Both the position numbers and the translations under genes were made by a program. The notes under the pieces were generated by a model. It was not told the DNA's origin. It made no database searches and worked only from the letters and a program-made list of their open reading frames with translations. From positions 1 through 64,000 of the forward strand of contig CDMY01000476.1 in NCBI GenBank assembly GCA_001179505.1: a DNA stretch of 64,000 nt, given 5' to 3'. This document shows, one piece after another, positions 26,201 through 37,100 of the stretch; the first letter of the stretch is position 1, and each line of letters starts with the position of its first letter. The stretch comes from Vitrella brassicaformis CCMP3155. Lineage: Eukaryota; Protista; Chromerida.

Positions 26201-27067
26201 GCCCCGCCGACTGCACTTATCTGCCTGTGTGTTCTCATTCTTGCAGATCTGCGCTCGAGTCCGTGCGAGACAAGATGCTCAGCGAGGGGCGGCTCTTCGA
26301 CCTCATTCTCACCGACCTGGAAATGCCCAAACTGAATGGAATCGACTTTGCAAAGTACAAGCAGCCGCCTGCGAAAGCTCTGCACACATCTTCGTCTCTC
26401 CGTCTGTGTGGGTGCACGCAGACGAGTCCACATGGCCTTCTGCGAGCTGGCGGCCGACGAGTCGCCACTGCCGAAGACGCCCGTCACGGGCATCATCTGG
26501 CCAGCCGGTGCATTCACAGAGCGCACGCCACTCGTGGCATTTCACATGTGCATCTTCGCGTGTGTGCGTCGTCTTCTGTGTCTGCAGGTGTGTCGTCCGG
26601 CTCGACCCTCACCGTGCCTTCCCTTGAGATGCTGACGCCGACGACCCCTCCGTCGAGCACCCGCACTTTGCTCGATGACGACAAGAGCCACAGCCAGAGC
26701 CACTTGGGCGAAAGCCCGCTTGACCAACTGATCGGCAAGCTGTCGACCGAGAGGATTTCCGCCGTGTTTGACAGAATTATTTGACAGAATTATCAACCTG
26801 ACGGACGAAGAACAGCAGCAGGAAACCGGCGGCGTCACCACTCTGTTTGAGTACCAGCTGCCGCTCGTGTTGGTCTCTGGTACGTGACCTCATTTCATTC
26901 GCTCGCTGCCTCCCCCAATCCCATCCCTGCCTGTGCGCGTGTGTGTCTCTGCAGGCGCGTCCAAGAGCGAGTTGGAAGAGATCGAGTCGACGGGTTTGTC
27001 CGCTAGGGTGGTTGAGAAGGGAGGGGTGAACCAGATCAAAGACCTCGTCAGAGACATGCTCACATAG
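23280..27067 (+). CDS. Membrane-bound hybrid sensor histidine kinase (TM region-HisKA-HATPase_c-receiver), apparently frameshifted inside the receiver
   Basis: H-box TSHELKT, N-box NYITNSIKY, G1 KDTGIGIP, F-box VFQPY, G2 HGLGLS; receiver VLLVDD...ILTDLEMP...LPLVLVSG...VEKGG. A 13-bp duplication at 26768-26793 creates a stop. The splice right after the H-box is ambiguous. Confidence 0.88.
24362..24417 (+). repeat. 28-bp tandem duplication beginning at a splice donor
   Basis: GTAAGGCTCGAGACGGGCAGACAGCCTT followed by GTAAGGCTCGAGACGGGCAGACAGGCTT (one mismatch). Confidence 0.9.
26768..26793 (+). repeat. Exact 13-bp tandem duplication inside a coding exon
   Basis: TTGACAGAATTAT twice in tandem. 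Confidence 0.9.
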
Positions 27068-27499
27068 ATGGAGCGTCTGTCTGTAATGGCGTGGAGGGAT
27101 TGAGGGAGGGAGGGAGGGAGGAGCGTGGCTGTCCTGCAGTCCATGTGGGTCTGCACGTGCCTCTGTCTGTATTTGGAGTATTTAGTTTGGTGTCTGCACA
27201 CACACATCAGGCAATACGCCGCAATTCTCTTTTTCCTAGGGTGGATGTCTGTCTGTGTGGTTGGGTGGGAGGCTCGTCTGTGTCTCGTTGATCGACGATT
27301 TAGTTGACGGGTGGGTGGGTGGGTGCATTTTTCGCCCTTTGTGTGTTGTGTGTGTCTGTTGGTGGCGTGATGCGGCTGATTAGGCGTGCAGATAGAACGA
27401 CGCGAGACTGATGGCGGCACACACGGACTTTCTACTGTTGTATGAATGAAGAGACGGTGAACGGTGAAGGGTTGAGAGGACGCCATCTAATATCACATC

Positions 27500-27945
27500 G
27501 GTCCATCCATCGGTTTGTCCGTCCACACACACACACACACAGACATTCAGACACACACACACACACTTACATAAACACCACACCACACCCCACCGCGTCA
27601 CCGCACATACATCACGTTCGTGAGCGTCTTGTGACTGATCGACGTCTGTCAGGTGAGTACATGGATGGATGGATGGATGGGCAGTGGATCGGGTGCTTTT
27701 TCTCTGGGCGTCATGTGTGCTGTGTTCTCGTGTACGCGGCGGCTCACGAGATGTTGGTTGAATGGTGAAGCCAATACAAGATAGATGCCCTCAATCACAT
27801 CAGCATATCGATCCGGCCATCCATCGGTCCGTCCACACACACACACACACACCTTCAGACACACATAAACACCACACACACGCGTGCATGTAACAACAAT
27901 ACATCACATTCGTGAGTGTCTTGACCGACTGACGTGACGTACCCA
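27500..27945. repeat. Degenerate ~140-bp direct repeat pair in the intergenic region
   Basis: CCATCCATCGGT..GTCCACACAC..TTCAGACACAC..ATAAACACCACAC..ATACATCAC.TTCGTGAG.GTCTTG appears at ~27500-27645 and again at ~27812-27940. Confidence 0.7.
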
Positions 27946-28056
27946 CACCGACTGGCTGACCGACCGACTGACTGGCTCAACCCCCATGCCACCCAAACAC
28001 AACACCAAACAATCGTACCAAATCAAATCACCACCTCTCCTCGCCCATCGCATTGA

Positions 28057-31000
28057 TTATCCCCCCCGCCCCCCATTCGCAATGTTATCGCGCAGCAGCC
28101 CCATCGAGTCGCCGTCAGATGACCCGCCCATAGAGTCGCTCCGCTGGCTCAGCGGCTGGGGCCCACTGCCACCCATGCCCATCGTCATCTCGACATCGCT
28201 CTTGGTGCTGCTGCTGCTGTCACGAGACGAGGGCGAGGGATAGTAGCTCTTGGTGCCCCTGCCGAAGGACCTCCTGCCGGTCATCGGCAGCAAGGCGTTC
28301 CCCTGACCGGGCGATTGCGTCACGCTGGTGGTGATGGGCGTGTGTGTATGGGAGTGGGGCCCGCTGAGAGACGGCTGGGTGCTGTGTGTGCCACTGCGGG
28401 CGGCTCCGCCTGTGTCTGACGGCCGCTCGACGCCCAGCTGCTGCAGGCGTCGCTGCCTTTCTCGGGCCAGGATGGCCCGGCCCTCCTGTGCGTCGGTGAG
28501 CTGCCCCGCCAGCGTGTCGGATGTGCCCGAGAAGACGTCAAATTCAAGAGACCGTAAACCCAAAAGACGAACAAACCGCTGCACACAATCACACACACAA
28601 TCACACACACACACACAGAGGAACATGTGGTGACACAGATGGATGGGAGGCTGGAGGCCAGTCGTATGTATGTGTGTATGTGTGTATGTGTGCGCGTGTG
28701 GCCAGCTACCTGATACAGATTGAGCAGATTGACGATTGCGAGGAGGACGACAGCAATGGGGAAGTAGAGGTTGAGCTCGTCACTCCCAAACACAGGCACC
28801 ACCCGCATCTGGCCGTAGAGCCCCTCGAAGGCCGTGTTGGGCACGTCGGCCAGCAGCACGAAGTGGAAGCACACGGGGGCGGCCAGTCGGCAGAAGGCGG
28901 CCGTGCAGAAGATGAGGCTGTTGGTGTCCGTGTTGTGGTTGGTGTACAGCCCGTACCACCCCGCCAGCTTGAGCTGGAACACGCCCCAGTAGGACGTCAT
29001 CACCATGTAAGTCAGCAGAGTCAGAATCAGCGTGTGCAGCCCAAACAGACGGGCGGATTGCGAGGCAGACGACGAATCGTGCGGAGAAGTAGAGGGCGGG
29101 GGAGAGGGGGCCGTGGTGGGTTGGGCTGGAGACGATGAGCTGTCTTCGTCAGCCGTGGTCGCCTCCTCTGTGTCGTGATCCCCGAGGCGCCTCCGATATC
29201 GCTCCATGTCCCTCAGGTCGAAGAGCTCGGGCACCACAAGCGCAGCCGACTCGTCAATGTCCTTTTCCATCTGCAGTGGGCCGCCGGCATCGTCCATCAT
29301 GCGGGGGTGAGGCTCCAGCCGGTCTGCGTCTGGCTCGTCTGCCCCGCCCACCACGTCCACCTCCACACCCATATCCACATCAACGGGCAAGAGAGAGGAC
29401 GAGTTGCCAATAGCGTCTTCCTCAAAGTCGATGCTGTCCTCGCTGTCGTCCTCATCGATGCCCCACTCCCGCAGCAGCGCATCTGCCGTCGTGTTGGCCG
29501 CATCCACAGGAAGAGAGAGAAGGGATGACACATTGCGAGCAGACGGCTGAATGGGCTCGCTGCCGTTGGGGTGGGAGCTGGGCGGCTCGATGGGGGCGGC
29601 GGCAGGTTCTCGCGGCACGGTTGCGTGGATGGCCCATGCAAGAGGGGAGAGGTTGACCTTGTCCTGGGCGAACATGCTCGCCTCGCCGACCAGGATGGCC
29701 AGGCTGAGGATGGCCGCCGTCACACCCGCCATGAGGCAGACCGGCCGCCTCAGCTTCTTGTGCCACAGGGTCATCATCCGCCGCCTCTGCCGGCGACACC
29801 ACGGCCCCTGCATGAAACACAGGGTGCCCCCCACGATCGCGGGCAGCGACCTGCTGCGGTGCACGCCGGCCGTCTCGGGATCCATCGGAGGAGACAGCAT
29901 CATCGATGTGGCTGTGCCGCCCGAGCCGTTCACAGCTGCTGCTGATGATGGGGCCGCGCGTGTGGGGTCGGGAAGGAAGTAGCCAAAGTCGAGGAGCTCT
30001 TCGTGCAGCGGGCAGTCCTCATGCAGAGCGTCGTCGACCAGGTCCTCCAGGAGAAAGCACGTCTGGCAGAAGCGCTTCCATCGACACTCGGCGCGCTCTG
30101 CCTCCGCAAGACACCTCTTGACATCGGCCCGCAGGTTGATCAGCCGCTCCCGGCCGATGTCGCGGCTGGTGGTGGTCTCGCGGTCGCGGGCGGAACCGGA
30201 CACGCTGCTCCCGCCCCCTGCGCGTGCCAGTGGGTGCCTCTCAACCATGTCGACCAGCTCGTCGACGTAGGGTCGGAGGGGGGATGATGGGTTGGTCTGC
30301 GATGCGACGGATCGGACCTTGCGGACGGCCTCGAGGAAGTCGTACTTGGCGCACAGCCTGGCCTCCTCGAGAGTGGTCGCCTTGATGCAGTGCTCGTACA
30401 GCATCTGGGAAGGGTTGGCCAGCTTGAACAGATGGCGGGGGATTGCGATAAGGCCATAACCTGAACAGCACAACACAACACGGGCAACAATGATGGGTGA
30501 GAGCTCCTAGCCGCTCTGAGTCCTTGCTGTAGAGGCGGACCGAGTAGCAGTGTGATGGCAAAGAGTCCCCATGTGTTTGCGATGGCGATGATGAGCCCCG
30601 ACCAGTGTGTAGAAAAGTCCCCCTTGGGCGTGAAGCCCATGTATAGCGTCACCAGTGACGTGACCAGCAGGATGGCCATGTAGAACAGCAGGTTCTTGCG
30701 CAGCGCACGCTTCAGTCGGTCACGGAACGTGAAATCACCGGCCCTCTCGTACTGATTGACATGACAGATATCGTCATAAACCAGCCATCAGGTTGTGTGC
30801 GTGTAGGTGGCCACCTCTGCGAGAATGGGATATAGTATCCAGCAGAGAGCGAAGACGGTCCAGTACATGGCCTCCCACGCCTGTGGGAGGCCCTCAGTCG
30901 CCGATGGTGGTGATGATGCACCACCACCACCAACTGCTGACGAGCCCCCTGCAGCAGCCGTGAGAGTCAGCACCATGTCCAATGGCAGCGTCACCAGGAT

Positions 31001-31226
31001 CGACAGAGATAGCACCAGACCTGAACACACAGCCAACACATCAGGAGGGAGCAGTGGCAGCCGAGACTGTGTGATTGGTTGTCTTTGTTGACCGACCTGA
31101 GAGTATGGCGAAGAAGGCGATCCATGAAACGTCGTGCCTTGCGTGGTGGGCGAGGACCAGCCAGCAGGACACCAGCAGCTCCAGGATGGTGGCCAGCGTC
31201 GTCACCACCTCCACCGACGCAAGCAT
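28057..31226 (-). CDS. LMBR1-domain membrane protein (LMBRD2-like)
   Basis: ILVTLPLD, WEAMYWTVFALCWILYPI, GDFTF..RLKRALRKNLLFY, IANTWGLF...LLGYGLIAIPRHL, NTDTNSLIF...CRLAAPVCFHF, FNLYFP-like ELNLYFPI. Confidence 0.88.
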
Positions 31227-31443
31227 CTCGGTTACTCGGTTTCGGCTGGCAATTAGGCAACGATAGATGCTAACCTCGAGCCATCACACCAGCACGGCCA
31301 AGCTCTGGTATTGGGTTCAGATTCACAGCGAGCTAATTCTCGACGGACGAGACAAGCTCGCACCAGGAAGGAGAATGAGGAGGACGGGTGGAAGCCCCGT
31401 CAGCGCTCCCGCTCACGCTCCCCTCAGCGCAGCCGTTCCACCC

Positions 31444-32029
31444 ATGACGGCCGGCCGTCCAGGGATGTGTCACTTCTCCAGAGTATCAACTTCGACGGTA
31501 CTCAAAATGCAGGCTGATGGTTTGACATATCCACTTCACCGTGTGTGGGACGTCCCGAAAGGACTCGACGTACGCCGCACTGTACGGATGAGCATTCACT
31601 CTCTTGCACATGGGTGTGTCTCAGCGGATTTTGCGGCGGCTCGTCAAGCATGAGGGCGGAGAAACGGTGGCCAAGTGCCGCAAAGTCGAGTCGCTCGGGC
31701 TGTTCCTGATCCAGCTGTGCGGCAACAAGGCGGTGGCAATGCAGAAGCTGATCAACACACAAGGACAGGTCGTCGAGTACGCCACTACAGCGTACTCGGT
31801 AAGTACCACTGACTGCCTGCCTGTGATTGTGGCGAACTGCTGACCTAGGCTATGCCTCTTGCTTGTTGTATTGCCTGCAGGTAAACATCACGCATGCCAC
31901 CCCAGAGAGCAAGGATGAAAAACCACACTGGAGGAGCACGTGATGGGCCCGATGTGGCGGCAGTCCAGCCGGCTGCACCAGGTCGACGTGTCGATCGTGC
32001 CGCACAACAAATGCTGGCACGCCTTGTAG
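31444..32029 (+). CDS. Small hypothetical three-exon gene; stop at 31943, or at 32029 if a 1-nt indel is corrected
   Basis: Phase-0 introns 31570-31624 and 31799-31880 give a continuous frame MTAGRPG...WDVPKGLD|RILRRLVK...TTAYS|VNITHATPESKDEK. No family recognised. Confidence 0.5.
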
Positions 32030-32035
32030 CCGCCC
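31922..32035 (+). repeat. Inverted paralogous copy of the last 35 codons, stop codon and following CCGCCC of the gene ending at 42305
   Basis: TTLEEHVMGPMWRQSSRLHQVDVSIVPHNKCWHAL* versus TTLEEHVMGPMCQQSSLLHQVEVSVVPHKKCWHGL* (42305-42412, minus strand). 28/35 residues identical; 14 nucleotide differences in 105. Confidence 0.92.
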
Positions 32036-32687
32036 TGTAGCCCGGCAGCGCAGCAGAGACAGGCATGGTAGCTATGGGTGGCTGCCTGACTATCGCTCGC
32101 TCGGTAGCCTACTTGCTGGAAGCTGGGAGCTCTCTCTGTCTGTCTGTCTGTCTGTCCTTTCCTCTCTGCGTTCCTTCTCTCTCCTCTCTGTGTGCATCCC
32201 TACGTCCCTCCCGCCCTCCAACCACCAGCCGGCATAAGTATTTTTGGAACCCGCTATAATGCGGCCTCCCTGGTGGTGCGGAGGAGTGAGTGGAGTGGAT
32301 GTGAGGCGGTGTGTCTATCGCTACCTACATTTTATATCCGTGGAAGGTTTTTGAGCGTTCTTGAGGTCTCTTGGTGGGTGAATGCTCTTCTTTTGTGAGT
32401 GCATGACCGAGCCACAGACACAGAGAGCTGGACAGAGACATGCAGTCGGGTGCATTACATTAACCGAGCGCATTGAATGTGGAGATTGGATGGACCCTTT
32501 CGACGATTCAAACTGTGGAACGTCTCATGAGATCGGTTCCCATCAAAAACAACTCATTCGACAGATTCCGTCCGTCCATTTGTCACGCATATACACACAC
32601 TGAGGATCGTCTTGAAAGGGAATGAGAGGGATGAATGAAATATGGATGGCGTCTATGGAATGGTGTGTGTGGCCGGCAGCAAGCAGC

Positions 32688-34020
32688 TCATTCCTCCTCC
32701 TCTTCCTCTTTCCATTCCTCTTCTTCGTCGCTTTCTTCGTCTTCGAAGTTGTCGTATTCTCCCTCATACTCGGCAGTGGCAGTAGTGGTCTGGTTGGTCT
32801 GCAGCTCACTGCCCGTGTGCCCAGCCTCCATGGCCTGCAGCTTGCGGCAGTAGGCCGCGGGGTCGGCAGAGTAGAGGGGCTTCATGGTCTCATCGCTGCC
32901 GGCCGTCCACTTCTTGCCGCGGCGGGTCCACAGCTGGTTGTAGAACGGCGCACTGCACCATCATCGAACATCACACAACACGCCACCCTCTCTCCATGTG
33001 TGTGTGTGTAAATGTGTGTGTCGTCTGTTGCTGTCTGACTGACCCGTCGCCCTCCTTTGATGCAATAAGGGAGAAGAGTTCGACTGTGCGGGGAAGCAGG
33101 GAGACATCTCCCGTCTCGACGTATTGACGCATCAGCCGGTTGGCCTCGATGGAGGCGGGGCAGAGGGGTTGGCCGTGGACGCAGCTCTGGTACCAACACA
33201 CACCCTGCAAAGACAACACAAAGCAGACAAAGATCTTGCAAAACGAGGGGTGTGAGGGATGGGTGTGAGAGCTTACATAGTCGAAGTCAGATCCAGGATC
33301 TCCCGTCCGTCTGCCTGGCGCAGGACCCTTAGCCACATTGCCGGGCATCCAGGTCACTGCAACACGGAGCTGAAGAGGGAACGAAACGAACAAACATCCA
33401 CCGTTCCATGCATCATCGAGAAAAGGCACCTTTTTGCGGAACTCCAGTTCGATGGGGTCGCTGGGGTCCTTCATGAAGTCCTTCCACTCCTGGACATCTG
33501 CCGGAGTGGCTCGGTTCTCCACGAATCCGCTGTAGTTGGGGGCGTGCTCTGCCAACACGTTGACGAACTTGCGGATCGCCTCCTGGCCCTCCTTCGGACA
33601 CACGGCCTTATTCCACCACTGCAAAGCAGCACACAAGAGGTCACGAAGCTCATGCAGCTGGGCCTGGTGCAGATTGACCTTGACAAGAAGGCTCTTTGGT
33701 ATTATGTGGTGGTAGGTGATCATCTCCCCAGCTTCTTTCTGTCTTTTGGCGTAGGGGCGGGCCTTCTTGATCGCGTCGTAGTTGATGCCCAGATTCCCAG
33801 CACCTGCAGATCAGAGATCAGAACACGGCAAAGATCCATGCAGATCCCGGCGTCGCCGTTTTGTGCTCCCCCACCGCCGTGCACAACACCTGGTGCGCAT
33901 CTGCGTGAGGCGAGCCCCATCATCCGAGCCGCGGAGGCCGTGGGATGTGAGTGAAGATGTGAGGATGAAGAGGATGGACAGGATGGACAAAAACAACAAG
34001 AATGCCTTGGAAAACGACAT
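32688..34020 (-). CDS. Hypothetical, possibly secreted protein with YHHIIP and WMPGN-x3-GP-x3-RR-x2-DPG motifs and an acidic tail
   Basis: Exons splice in frame to ...EMITYHHIIPKSLLVK|WWNKAVCP...DDAWN|VTWMPGNVAKGPAPGRRTGDPGSDFDY|GVCWY...EEEEWKEEEEEE*. A signal-peptide-like ORF begins at 34020 (MSFSKAFLLFLSILSILFILTSS), but its splice to exon 2 is ambiguous. Confidence 0.65.
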
Positions 34021-34159
34021 CTTCAAACAGCGGTGGGGATGGTGCGTGGTGGGGGAACGGGGAGGCGGGGTCTGATCAGTTTGTAAATTTCGGTTATGGA
34101 GAGCGCACTGATGAGTCCGCAAAGATCAGGAGGGAAGGCCCGGCAGGCAGTCCGCTGAA

Positions 34160-37100
34160 ATGCGGCTCTGCTTAAGGTGCAGTAACGAGAGAAGATCTGG
34201 GCGCGCATCTGCTGTATCTTCTCTCTGCAATGCTGTCAGGCCGCTATGTGTGCTGGTGCTGCGCCTCCTCCAGGCTCGTCCCGTCACCAGGAGCAGTGCA
34301 GTCGAGGCGACACCAATCCTGCAGTGAGCACGGCTCATGGATAAGGAAACGGATGGATGCACACCGCATCTCTCTCTTTTCTGTTTGGTCAGATACCCGT
34401 CGACTCCTCCCGGCCATGATTATATGAGCGTAGTAAGCGTCGCCCGGCCCGCTGACATCCACATGTGTGTCTGAATGCTCCTCCTTCCTGCCCGTAGGAT
34501 GAAGCGCTCAGCCGCATCGGCCACAATCTTCCTTTGGACCTCAGGGCCGCCCTCAGCCGGGGCAACAATGCCACGACTGTCACAGTCCCCCTCTCCTCAT
34601 CCCTGGCCGCCATCAACACCACAGCCACAGCCACAGCTACAGCCACATCCACATCAAATGGCACCCTCAGAGATATCGCAGTCGGGTCCCCTTTGGCTTT
34701 CATCGAGAGAGTGCCGACAGGCCACGGCCAGGGTGTGTCGGGCGTCACTAGTGTGGAGCTAACGGGGTCGTTCAGATCTGACCCCTCATCTTCTGCCGGT
34801 GATGGCGGCATAGCGGCGTTGAGCGGGGCTGCCCGCATGGCCAACCCTAAAGAGGCGCTGCAGAACCTGAATGATATTATTGAACGGACGCAGAGGGGGC
34901 TTGACGAGGCGTCGGTCATGTGCGCGTCCGAGACAGAGACGGCGGAACGCCTCTATGAAGAGCAGGACAGGTGAGCGTCCGCGTGCAGATGAACTGTGTC
35001 GACCGATCCTTGTTGCATTCAGGGAGCTGACCCGGCTCTCTTCGACTTTGGCTGACGCTGAGGCTCGCCTGGCGCAGTCCAATGCGAACACTCACCGCGG
35101 GAAGGCACAAATACAGGAGCTGCAGCTGCACCTGCACGACTTTCAAAAGGTATGTATGGTATGCGTATCTTGTGTAGTGTGCGCCATGCACGCACACAAA
35201 CGCGCAACACACTTCGGTGCTTGTGGCTGGCTTGCTGTTTGTAGAGTTGTCAGCTGTCAAAGGCGGAGAACACCCGGAAGCTCAACGACCTCAGAGACGA
35301 CCTGGCCGTAAGCTAACCGACATGAAACACCTCCAAGAGGGCTGTTGCTCCTTTGCTGTTCCTCCCGTCTGCAGAAGGCGAAACACGCTGTCGGTCTGAG
35401 CGGCTGCAAGAGGAAGAATACTGGCTCAGCCGCGTCTCTTCTCCAGTGCCACTCGCCATCCGGCAAGGCATTCCTCGCCCTGGACGCCAACACAATACAA
35501 GCCCACCTACGGGAACTCAAGACACCACACGCACTGCAAAGCCTGCAAAGGGCCCTCGTCCAAACGGGCAGGTTGCTCGTCATGCCGACTGCTCCGGGCA
35601 GACGGACTGGGCAGCTGCGTCGGCAACAAGGCGGTCGTCAGCGCGGCCATGCGTTCGTCAGCCGGCACAACGTGTCTCTACATCTCCATTCCCAGCATAG
35701 ACATTACCACAGGAGGCACAGACGGCACGGCAGGGGCAGAGGACGATGGCGCTTGTACCGGAGACACAGACACCGGCACCACCGTCTCCATCACCACCGA
35801 GCCGGGCGTCACATCCACCAACTCGCCGACCAGACCAGCAGCAACAATACGGCAGATGCCGTGTCTGTGTCTCGGTCGACGGTGCTTGTGTCTCGGGCTG
35901 CCGAGGCGAACGATACAACGGCCCCTGAGGGCCCAGTGAAGAGCGGGGCTGTACAAGTGGACTTGGAGGGGTACATGAAGAAGTGCGTCGTGGTTGGAAC
36001 ACCCGACTGTGGGCAGTTCAATGACAACATGGCATACATGGTGGGTGGCGGGCGGTGGGGGGGAGTGGTGGGCAACAGGCTGCTGAATGAGCATTGTGCG
36101 TGTGTCTGTGTCTGTGTCTGTCTGTGTCAGATTGGATCGATCGAGGCAGCCGCGATGGAGCTGCAGGCCCAGATGAACGAGGAGGCCAACAACTGCCGAA
36201 AGGCCAGGTAAGTGACAAGCCGCTTGGACACACACAAAGCTCATAAGCTCATACACACACATTGCTCGCATCTGTATTTCTCAGGACCCGTTACAATGAG
36301 GAGATAGAAGACTGGTCGGTCACAGTGGGCAACCTCGAAGCAGAGCTCGCCAGTAAGTGAAATCGCGCGCCAACCACCCCCAGCCCCCACCCTGCTGCCC
36401 TCCATCTGGTGTTCCAGAAATCGTGGCTGAGCTGAAGACCCTCCGAAGACAAGTTCGCGATAAAGAGTAAGGACACACATATGGCGAGCGGGCCGCGGAC
36501 AATGGTTTGCCCTCTCCCAGGTTGATGGTGGCCACGCAGCGGCGACAGAAGGACGTGACGGCGAGGTCCTGCTCAGCCGACATCAAGAAGGCGCTCGAGG
36601 AAATATGCGGCGCCAGAAGGTACACATGAACAACAACACACGCCGTCTGAGAGATTTCTCTCTGCATCGCAACCACAATGCCCGCATATCTGTCAGGTTA
36701 CGCAAAGAGGTGGCCATGCTGTCGGGAGACAACACGCTTCCATCGCGCTTCCAAGACGGCCAGGTGTCCCATTATTCAATCATCGTGTGCCTATGTCCAT
36801 GCTCACTGCGGCTGCGGCTCTCTCAGGTCGGCAACTGGACGGTGGGCCCGTGTTCGAAGTCCTGCAAAACCGACAGCAGTGACTCACCAGGCCAGCAGGT
36901 GCTCACCAGGGTTGTCGTCGCGCCGGCCGGCCCCATGAGCGCCAAGTGTCCGCAGCTGGAGCTGAGGAAGCCATGCAATGACGTCATGTGTCCCTTTGTC
37001 TACCCACTGGGGGAAGGTCACAGTGGTGGGAGACCATCCCTGCATCGCTACAGCCGTGCATGCAACCGAGTCTTTATGTCTGTGTGTCAGGAGTTCTTGT

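Noticed and set aside
26782-26784. In-frame TGA in the histidine kinase as possible selenocysteine or readthrough
   Set aside because: The downstream receiver sequence is in a different frame, so a 13-bp frameshifting duplication explains it; readthrough would not restore the domain.
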